64,000 nt of DNA from Dehalococcoidia bacterium. GTDB taxonomy: Bacteria; Chloroflexota; Dehalococcoidia; Lucifugimonadales; CAZENU01. Of this stretch, positions 49,577 to 59,451 are shown in pieces. Under the pieces are notes generated by a model. That model did not search any database. It was not told the origin of the DNA and was given only the letters and a program-made list of their open reading frames with translations. Numbering within the stretch: position 1 is the stretch's first letter; each line of letters begins with the position of its first letter. Made by a program: the position numbers and the translations under genes. The DNA lies in the NCBI GenBank assembly GCA_965222125.1, contig CBDCTC010000002.1, positions 41,270 to 105,269 of the forward strand, written 5' to 3'.

Positions 49577-49962
49577 GCGTACTGCAGCAGCTCGACGCGG
49601 ACTCCGCCCGGCGCCTTGATGAACGCGATCCGCATGCCGCCCGCAAGCGCGATGGGCCCCTCGAGGAGCTGCGCGCCGAGCTTCGACAGGCGGTCTATCT
49701 CGGCCTCCATGTCGTCTACCTTGATGCCTATGTGTTCCAGGCCCCAATGAGCGCTGGCGTCCGAGTCGCCCATCTTCTCGTCTGTGCGGGAGCCGGAGAT
49801 GTTGACGATGGTGCCGTCGGTCGTCTGGCACCGGACGAACCGGTCGCCCCAGGGCCTGACGGCGTCGGAGATGATCTTGAAGTCGAACGCGCGGACGTAC
49901 CAGTCCGCGGTGGCGGCGGGGTCCTGCGCCTTCATGTGGACGTGGTCGAATTCGTGGGCCAT
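49573..49962 (-). CDS. VOC/glyoxalase family protein
   Basis: FDHVH, GLEHIG..VDD, F...P.G..VEL. Confidence 0.85.
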   Translation of the reverse strand: MAHEFDHVHMKAQDPAATADWYVRAFDFKIISDAVRPWGDRFVRCQTTDGTIVNISGSRTDEKMGDSDASAHWGLEHIGIKVDDMEAEIDRLSKLGAQLLEGPIALAGGMRIAFIKAPGGVRVELLQYA

Positions 49963-50132
49963 GTGGTGCTCCCCCTTGGTGGGCGGTGGGTTGATTCTCA
50001 CTGAGAGGCTAGGCCATGAGTCGAAGGACTGTCAAGGGATTGTGCAGGCTCGTCGTTCGGCGAACAACCCGAGCGTAGGCGTGCGACTGTTCAACGAATA
50101 TGTCAGTCCTCCAACGGGCCGGCGGCGGTGCG

Positions 50133-51641
50133 TTAACGGCCGGCCGCAAGGTCCTCGGCCAGGCGGACGAGCGTGCGCACAGGAACGCCGGTGGCGCCCT
50201 TGGGGTTGTAGCCCTTCAGCTTGTCCGTCTTCGAGGTGCCGGCGATATCCAGGTGCACCCACGCGGCGCCCGTCGCGAACTCGCCGATCAGCTGAGCGCC
50301 TGTGATCGAGCCCGCGGCCCTGCCTCCGGTGTTCTTGAAGTCGGCCACGTCGCTCTTGTACTGCCCGCGGTAGTCGTCGTAGGTCGGAAACTGCCAGATA
50401 CGCTCCCCAACGGCCTGCCCGGCCTCCAGAACGGCGTCGATCAGCGGCTGATCGCTGCCGAAGGCCCCGGTTGCGACGTCGCCCAGAGCCGTAATCATCG
50501 CGCCTGTCAGGGTGGCCACGTCGACGATCCGCTCGATGCCCATCGTCCGGGCGTACGACACTGCGTCGGCAAGGACCAGACGCCCTTCGGCGTCCGTGTT
50601 GTCGATCTCGATTGTCTTGCCGTTCATGACGGTCACGATGTCGCCAGGACGCTGTGCGCGCCCGCCCGGCATGTTCTCAGTAGCCGCGACGATCGCCGTA
50701 ACGTTGACCTTCACGCCCAGCCTGCTGATCGCCTTGATCGCCGCGATCACGGAGGCGCCGCCCGCCATGTCGCCCTTCATCGCGCCCATGTTGGCGGCCG
50801 GCTTGATCGAGATGCCGCCGCTGTCGAACGTGATCCCCTTGCCGATCAGCCCCAGATTGTTCCCCGGGTCCCCGGGGTCGCCGCGGTAGTCGAGCACGAT
50901 GAGTTTCGGCGGCTCGACGCTGCCCTGCGCGACGCCGAGCAGGGCGCCCATGCCCAGCTCCCGCATGCGGTCCGCCTCGAGCACGTCTATGTCCAGGCCG
51001 CACTCGGACGCGACGTCCCGCGCGATCTCGGACATGCGGGTAGGGTTCATCTGATTGGCGGGCTCGTTGACCATGTCGCGGCACAGGTTTGCCGACTCCG
51101 CCAACAGGACGCCTTTCTGCACGCCAGACCGGATATCGCCCACCTTGTACGCGTCGAACTCCACGATGACGAGCTCGTCGAGCGCGGGCCCGCCGTCGTC
51201 CAGGGACTTGTACTTGTCGAACCGGTAGAGGCCAAGAAGGGCGCCCTCGGCTACGGCCTGGCCCGCGGCGCCGGCATCCATACCGCCGACGCCAGCTCCG
51301 TGGGTTACCGTCGCGGCGGTCGACACGCCCACCTCACGCAGACGCCGGCACGCCTGGGCCGTCACGTCGCGCACGGTGTCCTGCGAGAAGTCGGACTTCC
51401 TGCCGAGCCCTGCGACGAGCACGCGTGCCGGGGCGATCTTGCCCAGGGTGTGAATCAGCGTCGTCTCGCCTCGCTTCCCACGTATCTCGCCGTCGGCGAT
51501 GAGCTGGGATATGGCGCCGTCCAGGGCCGAGTCCACCGCACCCGTCGCACCGCCCGGCGCCGTCACGCCCTGGAACAGATTGACGACAACGGCCGGTAGC
51601 GATTGCAGCGCTATGTCGCCGGACACTACTTTGATGTCCAT
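50133..51641 (-). CDS. pepA: Leucyl aminopeptidase (M17)
   Basis: GKGITFDSGG.SIK, MKGDM.G, NTDAEGRL.LAD, HLDIAG. Confidence 0.95.
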   Translation of the reverse strand: MDIKVVSGDIALQSLPAVVVNLFQGVTAPGGATGAVDSALDGAISQLIADGEIRGKRGETTLIHTLGKIAPARVLVAGLGRKSDFSQDTVRDVTAQACRRLREVGVSTAATVTHGAGVGGMDAGAAGQAVAEGALLGLYRFDKYKSLDDGGPALDELVIVEFDAYKVGDIRSGVQKGVLLAESANLCRDMVNEPANQMNPTRMSEIARDVASECGLDIDVLEADRMRELGMGALLGVAQGSVEPPKLIVLDYRGDPGDPGNNLGLIGKGITFDSGGISIKPAANMGAMKGDMAGGASVIAAIKAISRLGVKVNVTAIVAATENMPGGRAQRPGDIVTVMNGKTIEIDNTDAEGRLVLADAVSYARTMGIERIVDVATLTGAMITALGDVATGAFGSDQPLIDAVLEAGQAVGERIWQFPTYDDYRGQYKSDVADFKNTGGRAAGSITGAQLIGEFATGAAWVHLDIAGTSKTDKLKGYNPKGATGVPVRTLVRLAEDLAAGR

Positions 51642-51784
51642 TCCGTACCTCGCGCCGGCCGCGTTCGGCGGCCGCGGGCCCATTATAGGCCACGACGCGG
51701 AGCGCTGTCCGCCGATCATGGACTGCTATAATCGACGCCGATCCGAAGAAACGAGCGGCCGCGCACGCCGCAACGGAGGTACCC

Positions 51785-53065
51785 GTGGGACGTAGAACGG
51801 CTGGGCGCGGTGAGCGCGAACTTCACGCGCGGGCGGCGAGAGTCCTGCCGGGCGGGAGCCTTGGCAACCTCTCTTCCGGTCCGATCATTCGCCGCGGGCT
51901 CGGGTCGCGGGTGTGGGACGTCAGCGGCAACGAGTACGTCGACTACATGTTGGGATCGGGCCCAATGCTGATCGGCCACTCGCACCCCGACGTCGTCGCG
52001 GCGGTCGTCGATCAGGCACAGCTCGGCACGACCTTCTTCGCCCTGAACGAGCACGCGATCGCCCTGGCCGAGGCGGTCGTAGACGCCGTCCCGTGCGCGG
52101 AGGAGGTCCGGTTCGTCAGCACGGGGTCGGAGGCCACCCTGTACGCCATGCGGGTGGCGCGGGCGTTCAGGGGCCGCGACAAGGTGTTGAAGTTCGAGGG
52201 CGGCTTCCACGGGATGAACGACTACGCGCTGGTCGCGGTCATGCCCGGCGAGCCGACCCAGTTCCCGCACGGCAAGCCGAGCTCGGCCGGCGTGCCCGCG
52301 TCCGTCGCGTCGGAGATGCTCGTGGCGCCGTTCAACGATCTGGAAACCACGACGGCGATCATCGAAAGGCACCACGACGAGATCGCCGGCGTCATCGTCG
52401 AGCCGTTCCAGCGGGTGATCCCGCCGGCGCCGGGATTCCTGGAGGGGCTGAGGGAGGCCACCCTCCACTACCGCATCCCGCTGATCTTCGACGAGATCGT
52501 GACGGGCTTCCGGTTCGCCTACGGCGGGGCCCAGGAGTACTACGGCGTTACGCCGGACGTGTGCACTCTGGGCAAAGCGGTCGCAGGCGGATTTCCGCTG
52601 GCCGCCGTCGCCGGCAAGTCGGAGATAATGGAGCACTTCGACCGCGGCCGGGTGTCCAAAGAGGAGCACCTGGTGCAGGTCGGGACCCTGAGCGGCAACC
52701 CGGTCGCCGCCGCAGCCGGGCTGGCGACGCTCGCGGTGCTCAGAGAAGAGGGCACCTACGAGCGGCTGTTCGCCACGGGGCGTCGAATCAGGGAGGCGCT
52801 GCAGCAGCAGATCGACAGGGCGGAGATACCGGCGCAGGTCGTGGGCGAGGACCCGCTGTTCGATGTCTACTTCACCGATGGGGAGATCGTCGACTACCAG
52901 TCGACCCTGAGCGCCGACAGGGACAAGTCGTTCAGGCTAACGAGGCTCCTGCTCGAGCACGGGGTCTTCAAGGGCGAGACCAAGTACTACGTATCGACCG
53001 CACACGACGACGAGGACGTGGAGCTGACCGCCAACGCGTTTGCGTCGGCGATAGAGGATCTGTAG
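51785..53065 (+). CDS. Class III aminotransferase (glutamate-1-semialdehyde aminomutase-like)
   Basis: D..GNEYVD, S.GSEAT, F.G.FHG, IFDEIVTGFR, LGK..GGFP, GTLSGNP. Confidence 0.88.
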   Translation: MGRRTAGRGERELHARAARVLPGGSLGNLSSGPIIRRGLGSRVWDVSGNEYVDYMLGSGPMLIGHSHPDVVAAVVDQAQLGTTFFALNEHAIALAEAVVDAVPCAEEVRFVSTGSEATLYAMRVARAFRGRDKVLKFEGGFHGMNDYALVAVMPGEPTQFPHGKPSSAGVPASVASEMLVAPFNDLETTTAIIERHHDEIAGVIVEPFQRVIPPAPGFLEGLREATLHYRIPLIFDEIVTGFRFAYGGAQEYYGVTPDVCTLGKAVAGGFPLAAVAGKSEIMEHFDRGRVSKEEHLVQVGTLSGNPVAAAAGLATLAVLREEGTYERLFATGRRIREALQQQIDRAEIPAQVVGEDPLFDVYFTDGEIVDYQSTLSADRDKSFRLTRLLLEHGVFKGETKYYVSTAHDDEDVELTANAFASAIEDL

Positions 53066-53087
53066 GCCCGCGGGCCCGACGCACTCC

Positions 53088-53116
53088 TTGACAAAAGCCC
53101 GCGTTGCGAATAACGT
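53088..53116 (+). promoter_or_regulatory. Sigma-70-like promoter TTGACA-17 bp-TAACGT
   Basis: Consensus -35 and optimal spacing at the start of a 395-bp intergenic region. Confidence 0.6.
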
Positions 53117-53118
53117 TC

Positions 53119-53295
53119 GGGGTAGGGGGAGTTCGAAAACAGAGCTAGCCGAACCTGTCCCTCGCGGATGGTCCGGCGACCTGACTGCCAGGCGCATAGC
53201 ATTGCTAGAGGCCGTCGGTTCGTCGGCTGTAGCGGCCCGCCACAATCCGCCCTAGGGCACCGCGTTGTGGGACCGGCCGTGAGCAGCCTACCCTT
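53119..53295 (+). ncRNA. Candidate structured RNA or long leader (family unassigned)
   Basis: 5' GGGTAGG pairs with CCTACCC at 53287-53293; internal GTCCC/GGGAC, CGCGG/CCGCG, AGCCGA/TCGGCT stems. Confidence 0.35.
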
Positions 53296-53460
53296 CGCCT
53301 CCTGCCGAGGACCGGCGTACGCTTGCGCCCGCCATTCGGCCCATAGGTTGAAGGCCTGCCGCGTCTCGGCGGACTCATTCTTCCGAAATCCGCGCTCCGG
53401 AACACGCGGCTCTACAAATCGGTACCCGGTTGCCCACGATGGGAGGGAGGGAAGGCTAAA

Positions 53461-54297
53461 GTGAAACTAGGCGCGATCTCCGTCGACATCGTCAGCGACG
53501 GCAGCTTCATGTTGGACGGCGGGGCGCTGTTCGGTCAGGTGCCACGGACTTTTTGGGAACGCCAGATGAAGCCCGACCGCAAGAACCGCGTCCGCATGGG
53601 GCTGAACTGCCTTCTGGTCCAGACCCCGGCCGCGAATATCCTGGTCGATACCGGAGCGGGCTCCAAGAGGTCGGAGCGACTGAAGGACGCCTACGGCCTG
53701 AGCGGCAACAAGCTCGTCAGCGGACTCAGAAGACACGGCCTGACCGCTCGTGACATCGACAAGGTGGTGTTGACGCATCTCCACTTCGACCACGTCGGCG
53801 GGTGCACGAAGCTGGACCGCTCCGGCGCCGCGATACCGGCCTTCCCCAAGGCCGATTACGTGGTCCAGCAGGCCGCGTGGGACGAAGCGAACGCGCCCAA
53901 CGAGCGCGGCCAGCAATCGTTCCACCCCGGAGACTTTGTCACCCTGCAGGAGAACGGCGTCCTGACGTTAGTCGACGGCGACGCCGAGCTGGCTCCCGGC
54001 GTCAGCGCGAGGGTGACGGGCGGCCACTCCGACGGTCACCAGATAGTGCTGATCGAGGCTGGCAGCGAGCGGATAGCATACCTGGGAGACCTGGTACCGA
54101 CTCCGTTCCATCTGCCGCTGCCGAACATCGCAGCGTTCGACCAGTCGCCCAACGACACGTTGAGCCAGAAGCGCGATCTGCTCGGCATGGCCCAGGACGG
54201 CGGCTGGCTCCTGGTGTTCGGGCACGCCTGCGAGCAGCAGTCGGGCTACCTCGACCAGCGGAGCGGCCAGCCTCAGTTCACGCCTCGGGAGCTCTAG
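53461..54297 (+). CDS. MBL-fold metallo-hydrolase (YtnP-like)
   Basis: LDGGA.FG.VP..W, LVDTG.G, THLHFDH.GG, GHS.GHQ, GDL.P. Confidence 0.9.
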   Translation: MKLGAISVDIVSDGSFMLDGGALFGQVPRTFWERQMKPDRKNRVRMGLNCLLVQTPAANILVDTGAGSKRSERLKDAYGLSGNKLVSGLRRHGLTARDIDKVVLTHLHFDHVGGCTKLDRSGAAIPAFPKADYVVQQAAWDEANAPNERGQQSFHPGDFVTLQENGVLTLVDGDAELAPGVSARVTGGHSDGHQIVLIEAGSERIAYLGDLVPTPFHLPLPNIAAFDQSPNDTLSQKRDLLGMAQDGGWLLVFGHACEQQSGYLDQRSGQPQFTPREL

Positions 54298-55637
54298 CGT
54301 CCCGGTTTCTGGGCCGGTGCGCCGTCGGCGCTTGGGACCACGGCTCTTATCGCGGCGGCGTCGAGCCGCAGCAGCACGGCGTCCGTGATCCTGTTCGTGA
54401 GGTCGTAGACGCTCTCGGCGGTCACTCTCAGGTAATTGTCGGTCAGGCCCGTCCACGCGCCGTCCTCGGCGTCCCCTGCTCTGCCCTCCCACAGCACCGG
54501 TCGCGTCGCGCCCAGGAAGCGCCTGCGGAAGGCCGCCGCGCCGTCTATGGCTATCGACGTCAGCTCCCTGAGACGCCCGGCCTTCGTGGACGGATCGACC
54601 GCGTCCTCGAAGTGCGCCGCGGTGGTGCCCGGCCTGGTCGAGTACGGGAAGACGTGAATCGCCGCGAATCCGACCTCCTCGCAGAGTGAGGCCGTCGCCC
54701 GGAAGTCGGCATCCGTCTCTCCCGGAAACCCCACGATGACGTCGGCGGTGATCGCGACATCGGCGACCGCCGTCCTCACCCTGTCGACCGCGTGGAGGTA
54801 CTGCTCGGGCGTGTAGCGCCGCCGCATCCTGCGGAGCACCGGCCCGCTACCGCTCTGCAGCGGTATGTGGAAGTGCGGGCACAGCCGTTCGTCGGCCCAC
54901 AGCGCGAGCAGGTTGGGGCCGATCTCCTGTGGCTGCAGCGACGAGACTCGCAGGCGGGCGACCTCCGTCTCGTCCAGCACGCGCCATATCAGGTCGACAA
55001 GCCCGAAGTCCGGCAGCTCGTGGCCGTACGTCCCCAGCTGCGTACCGGTCAGGACGACCTCCCGGCGGCCCTCGGCGACGCGTTCGCCGACCATGCGGAC
55101 GAGCTCTCCGGGCGGGACGCTGCGCTCGCGGCCCCTGACCTTCGGAACGATGCAGTAGGCGCACACCTGGTCGCAGCCCTCCTGGATCTTGACCATCGCC
55201 CGGGTCCTGCCGTCCCGGGCAGCGAGCGCCCGCGGCTCCTCGCCCTCGGCGCACGGCGTCAGCGAGTTTCCGCGCGCGTCGACCACGCGGCGCACCAGGT
55301 CGACTTTCTCCTTGTTTCCCAAGACCAGGTCGATCTCGCCGATCGAGGCGAGCGCATCCGGGTCGCGCTCCGCGTAGCAGCCGGTGGCGACGATGGTCGC
55401 CCGCGGGTGCCTCCGCCGAGCGGCCCGTAACGCCTGACGGGCCTTCCGGTCGGCAACGTGGGTCACGGTGCAGGTGTTCACGACGTACACGTCGACGTCG
55501 CCGCCGTCCGACGCAAGCTCGAACCCGGCGCGGAGGAAGTCCGACGCCAGTACCGAGGTGTCGGCCTGGTTGAGCTTGCAGCCGTGGGTCTCGATGGCGA
55601 CCGTCGGGCCGCCCGGCGCTGTCGTCTGTTTGGTCAT
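54294..55637 (-). CDS. mtaB: tRNA t6A37 methylthiotransferase
   Basis: T.GCKLNQ, NTCTVT, KIQEGCDQVCAYC (CxxxCxxC), IVGFPGET, HVFPYS.RPGT. Confidence 0.92.
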   Translation of the reverse strand: MTKQTTAPGGPTVAIETHGCKLNQADTSVLASDFLRAGFELASDGGDVDVYVVNTCTVTHVADRKARQALRAARRRHPRATIVATGCYAERDPDALASIGEIDLVLGNKEKVDLVRRVVDARGNSLTPCAEGEEPRALAARDGRTRAMVKIQEGCDQVCAYCIVPKVRGRERSVPPGELVRMVGERVAEGRREVVLTGTQLGTYGHELPDFGLVDLIWRVLDETEVARLRVSSLQPQEIGPNLLALWADERLCPHFHIPLQSGSGPVLRRMRRRYTPEQYLHAVDRVRTAVADVAITADVIVGFPGETDADFRATASLCEEVGFAAIHVFPYSTRPGTTAAHFEDAVDPSTKAGRLRELTSIAIDGAAAFRRRFLGATRPVLWEGRAGDAEDGAWTGLTDNYLRVTAESVYDLTNRITDAVLLRLDAAAIRAVVPSADGAPAQKPGR

Positions 55638-55723
55638 GATCGTCGAACGGGAGTCCTGGCCCCGCGAATTATAGCCTTTCCGAAACCGGTGCACGTCGGC
55701 ACGGCGGGTGCTACACTCTCGAT

Positions 55724-57064
55724 ATGATGCGCTGGCTTAGCCGACTCCTGATCGTCGTCGGGCTGGGCGGCGCCATGATATCGCAGGCGGCCGGCGCATT
55801 CGCTCAGGCTCAGTCGCCTCACGCGGCGCTGATCGAGATCGACGGCCTCGTCAATCCCATCTCGGCGCGCTTCCTGAAGCGGGCGCTCGACACCGCGGCC
55901 GAGGACAGCGCCACGCTCGTCGTCGTCACACTGGACACCCCCGGCGGCTTGTGGGACTCCACCCGGGAGATGGTGGGCGCGATCCAGGACTCACCAGCGC
56001 CCGTCGTCGTCTACGTCTCCCCTTCGGGTGCCAGGGCGGCTTCGGCCGGAACCTTCATCGCCGCGTCCGCGCACGTAGCGGCAATGGCGCCCGTGACCAA
56101 CATCGGAGCCGCCTCCCCGGTCGCCGGAGGAGGCGAGGACCTGCCCGACACGCTCGAGGCCAAGGCCACGCAGGACGCCGCGGCCTTCATGCGCCAGATA
56201 GCCGAAACCCGCGGCCGAAACGCCGAGGCCCTGACCGACACGATCCTGAAGGCGACCGCATACTCGGCCACGGAGGCCGTCGAAAATAACGTGGTCGACC
56301 TGATCGCCCGAGACCTCGACGATCTGCTCCGCCAGATCGACGGCCGGACCGTGGATGTCCGCGGGGAGAATGTGGTCCTCGACACGGCCGATCTCGACAT
56401 TCGCTCAATCAGTAGAACGCTGGTAGAGCGGTTCCTCGGCTTCATCGCCAACCCGAACATCGCCTTTCTGCTGTTCGTCGTCGGCAGCATCGGTCTCACG
56501 ATCGAGATCTTCGCGCCCGGACTGATCGGGCCGGGCGTCGTCGGACTTCTCTGCCTCGCGCTCGCCGTGCTCGCCTTCGGGTATCTGCCGGTGAACTGGG
56601 TGGGCGTCGCCCTGTTGGTCTTCGCCGCCATACTGTTCTTCTTCGAGCTCCAGGCGCCGGGAGTGGGTATCTTTGGCATCGTGGGGGTGATCAGCTTCCT
56701 GATCGGGGCGTTCTTCCTGTTCGGCGGATTTTCGCCGCCGCCGATCCCCACTCCGAGCTTCAGGGTGAGCATCTGGCTGGTGGCCGGTGTCGGGGCGGCG
56801 CTGGGCGGCGCTACGATCGTGTCCATCCGTTTCCTGGCCGCGGACAGAAGGACGGTCTACGTGTCGCCTTCCGAGGACATCGTGGGACGGACCGCCACGG
56901 TGCTGACGGCGTTGGACCCGAAGGGCTCAGTGCAAGTGATCGGCGAACAGTGGACCGCCGTGACGCAGTCGGGCCGGCCCGTCGAAGCGGGCAAAGAGGT
57001 TGTGGTGCTGGAAGTCGATGGGCTCACGTTGAAGGTATCCGAGGCCGACGGCTCGGGCGGCTAG
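55724..57064 (+). CDS. nfeD: Long NfeD (ClpP-like serine protease, TM and OB-fold domains)
   Basis: LDTPGG, ARAASAG, MAP.TNIGAA.P, TM block, G.V...GE.W.A. Confidence 0.92.
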   Translation: MMRWLSRLLIVVGLGGAMISQAAGAFAQAQSPHAALIEIDGLVNPISARFLKRALDTAAEDSATLVVVTLDTPGGLWDSTREMVGAIQDSPAPVVVYVSPSGARAASAGTFIAASAHVAAMAPVTNIGAASPVAGGGEDLPDTLEAKATQDAAAFMRQIAETRGRNAEALTDTILKATAYSATEAVENNVVDLIARDLDDLLRQIDGRTVDVRGENVVLDTADLDIRSISRTLVERFLGFIANPNIAFLLFVVGSIGLTIEIFAPGLIGPGVVGLLCLALAVLAFGYLPVNWVGVALLVFAAILFFFELQAPGVGIFGIVGVISFLIGAFFLFGGFSPPPIPTPSFRVSIWLVAGVGAALGGATIVSIRFLAADRRTVYVSPSEDIVGRTATVLTALDPKGSVQVIGEQWTAVTQSGRPVEAGKEVVVLEVDGLTLKVSEADGSGG

Positions 57065-57092
57065 GCCGGGCGGAAGAAAGGCGCGGAGCAAC

Positions 57093-57533
57093 GTGGAGAC
57101 CTCGCTGGGGCTGGGCCTCATAGCGTTCGGGCTGGCCCTCTACTTCGTGGACCTGGACTTCGACCTGGACATCCCCTTCGGGGACGTTCCGGGGATCGCC
57201 GGCGGCATCTGCGTGGTCGTCGGCGCGTTCCTGCTGTTCGACGACTGGAGGATCGGCGCGGGAGTCCTGGTCGCGTCAATTGCGCTGGTGGCGGCCAGGG
57301 TCGCGGTCAAGTCCAGGGTCGTCCACTACCCCACGCAGACACAGCAGCTCGTGAACGATACCGGTTATACTACGACGGCGCTGGACCCGAGGGGCAGCGT
57401 CCAGATGCCCAGCGGAATGTGGAGCGCCGTCTCCGACTCGGGCGAGTTGATCGAGGAGGGGGCCGAGGTGATCGTGATGGATATCGACGGACTGACGCTG
57501 AGGGTGATCAATGCCGACACGCCCGGGGAGTAA
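57093..57533 (+). CDS. Short NfeD family protein
   Basis: TM helices plus LDP.G.V....WSA.S..I..G..V.V...DGLTL.V OB-fold. Confidence 0.8.
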   Translation: METSLGLGLIAFGLALYFVDLDFDLDIPFGDVPGIAGGICVVVGAFLLFDDWRIGAGVLVASIALVAARVAVKSRVVHYPTQTQQLVNDTGYTTTALDPRGSVQMPSGMWSAVSDSGELIEEGAEVIVMDIDGLTLRVINADTPGE

Positions 57534-57545
57534 GGAGAGTAAAGG

Positions 57546-58406
57546 ATGATACCGTATATAAAAATCGTCACACAGTATGAACGTCTCGCGATCTTCAACC
57601 TCGGGAGATACGGGGGGCTGAAGCCCCCGGGCCTCAAGCTCCTATTCTGGCCCTTTCAGAAAGGGCTGAAGATAGACCTGCGGGAGGACGTGTTCGACAT
57701 TCCGAGCCAGACCGTGATCACGGCGGACAACGCGCCAATCGCCATCGACTTTCTCGTCTACCTCAGGGTGATGGAGCACGAGGCCGGAAAGTCGGTGCTC
57801 GAGGTGGTCAACTACCGCAGCGCGGTCGTTGGGATAGCCACGACGACCCTGCGTGCGGTAATCGGCAAGATAACGCTGGACGAGGTGCTGTCGCAGCGCG
57901 ACCGCATCAACGAAGAGCTCCGGTCCGAGCTGGACCAGGTCACCGAGCGCTGGGGCATCAAGGTGACACAGGTCGAGATCAGGGAAGTGGAGCCCACCCG
58001 CGACATCCAGGAGGCCATGAACCGGCAGATGTCGGCCGAGCGCCTCCGGCGCGCCGTGGTAACCGAGTCGGAAGGCACGCGCCAGGCCGCGATCACAGTC
58101 GCCCAGGGCGAGAAGCAGTCCGCGGTATTGAAGGCCGAGGGCGCCAGGCAGGCCGAGATTCTGAAGGCCGAGGGCGACCAGCAGGCGGCGATCCTGCGGG
58201 CCCAAGGCTTCGCGGACGCCCTGGAGCGCATCTACGGCGTCGCTCAGAATATCGATGCGAACACGATGAGTCTGCAGTACTTCGAGACGCTCAAGGAGCT
58301 GGGCAGCGGCGCGTCGACGAAGTTCATCTTCCCGTTGGAGTTCACCAATCTGCTCAGCCCGTTCTTGAAGGCGGTCAATCGCACGGGAGACGGCGCCGAC
58401 GGCTAG
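57546..58406 (+). CDS. SPFH/Band 7 (stomatin-like) protein
   Basis: YER...F.LG, IDLRE, IT.DN, TTLRAVIG...LDE.LS.R, WGIKV..VE. Confidence 0.93.
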   Translation: MIPYIKIVTQYERLAIFNLGRYGGLKPPGLKLLFWPFQKGLKIDLREDVFDIPSQTVITADNAPIAIDFLVYLRVMEHEAGKSVLEVVNYRSAVVGIATTTLRAVIGKITLDEVLSQRDRINEELRSELDQVTERWGIKVTQVEIREVEPTRDIQEAMNRQMSAERLRRAVVTESEGTRQAAITVAQGEKQSAVLKAEGARQAEILKAEGDQQAAILRAQGFADALERIYGVAQNIDANTMSLQYFETLKELGSGASTKFIFPLEFTNLLSPFLKAVNRTGDGADG

Positions 58407-58452
58407 GGCATCGGGCCGCCGTCCTCCCCGGCAGCGCGGATGATCGAGGTGC

Positions 58453-59394
58453 GTGGCCATGGCCGATAAGGAGTGCCCCAACTGCGGGCGGAAGACACGC
58501 CAGGAGGCGTCGTTCTGCCTCGGATGCGGCCAGTCGTTCGGCCGTGGCGCCGCACCCCGGCCTGCCCCCGAGCGGCGGGCAGCCCCTGAGCGCCAGCCGG
58601 CCCCTGAGCGCAAGCCGGCCCCCGAGCGTCAGCCGGCCCCCGAGCGTCAGCCGGCCCCCGAGCGTCAGCCGGCCCCCGAGCGTCAGCCGGCCCCCGAGCG
58701 TCAGCCGGCCCCCGAGCGCGAGCCACCGAGCCGTTACGAGCCGCAACGGCGGCAAGAGCCGCCCGCCTTCGTTCCCCGCCCGCCGGCGTCCGGCAAGCGG
58801 CTCACGGCCGAACAGCGCCGCGACCTCGCCAGACAGCGAGTCAAGGCCGACGACCGCGCGAGGGCCGAGAGGCCGCGGCGACGGTTCCGGCCCCAGCGCA
58901 TAGAGCTCGTCCTGGCGGCCGCTCTTCTGCCGACCACGGCCTTGCTCGCGTTGCTGGCTGGCATCTTCTTCAGCAGCGTCGCCGACTGGCTGAAACAGGA
59001 CGAGGGCGCCGACCGCGGCGAGTTCGTTGCGCCCGGAGACTTCGACGCGGGGCGCCTGCTGACGGTCGGCATGACGCAGTCCGCGATCGACTCCACCAGC
59101 TTCGAAGGGATCGCGGGCTGGAGGGTCGTATACCTCGAGGAAGCGTCCGCGCAGGACGCGACCGTGTCGGCCGGGGACGTGCACCTGACGACTCACGACG
59201 CCAACCCGGTGTACAGCCCGTACTACATGATGGTTGCGTTTCCCAAATCGGGGACGGGCGCCGTGCCCGTCGCGGCGTTCCTGAAGAGAGAAGACAAGAC
59301 GGTGTTCCACGTGATGGGCATAAGCTGTGAGGAAGCCGTCGCGGCGGTCAAGGCAACATCCAGGCTCGAAGCACCGCCCGGATCGATCTGCTGA
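58453..59394 (+). CDS. Zinc-ribbon membrane protein with APERQP repeats
   Basis: CPNCG...FC..CG, Pro-rich repeat, single TM helix, C-terminal domain. Confidence 0.7.
   Translation: MAMADKECPNCGRKTRQEASFCLGCGQSFGRGAAPRPAPERRAAPERQPAPERKPAPERQPAPERQPAPERQPAPERQPAPERQPAPEREPPSRYEPQRRQEPPAFVPRPPASGKRLTAEQRRDLARQRVKADDRARAERPRRRFRPQRIELVLAAALLPTTALLALLAGIFFSSVADWLKQDEGADRGEFVAPGDFDAGRLLTVGMTQSAIDSTSFEGIAGWRVVYLEEASAQDATVSAGDVHLTTHDANPVYSPYYMMVAFPKSGTGAVPVAAFLKREDKTVFHVMGISCEEAVAAVKATSRLEAPPGSIC
58564..58725 (+). repeat. 18-bp coding tandem repeat, about 9 units (GCCCCCGAGCGTCAGCCG)
   Basis: Seen directly; five central units are identical. Confidence 0.92.
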
Positions 59395-59451
59395 CCGCGA
59401 GTCGCATATCGCCGGGCGGCAGCCGTGCGCCCTACCCGACCGGCGACCGCG

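Noticed and set aside
53245-53265. T-box-like GGGCACCGCG
   Set aside because: Lacks the UGGN antiterminator bulge and stem I motifs; downstream gene is not amino-acid related
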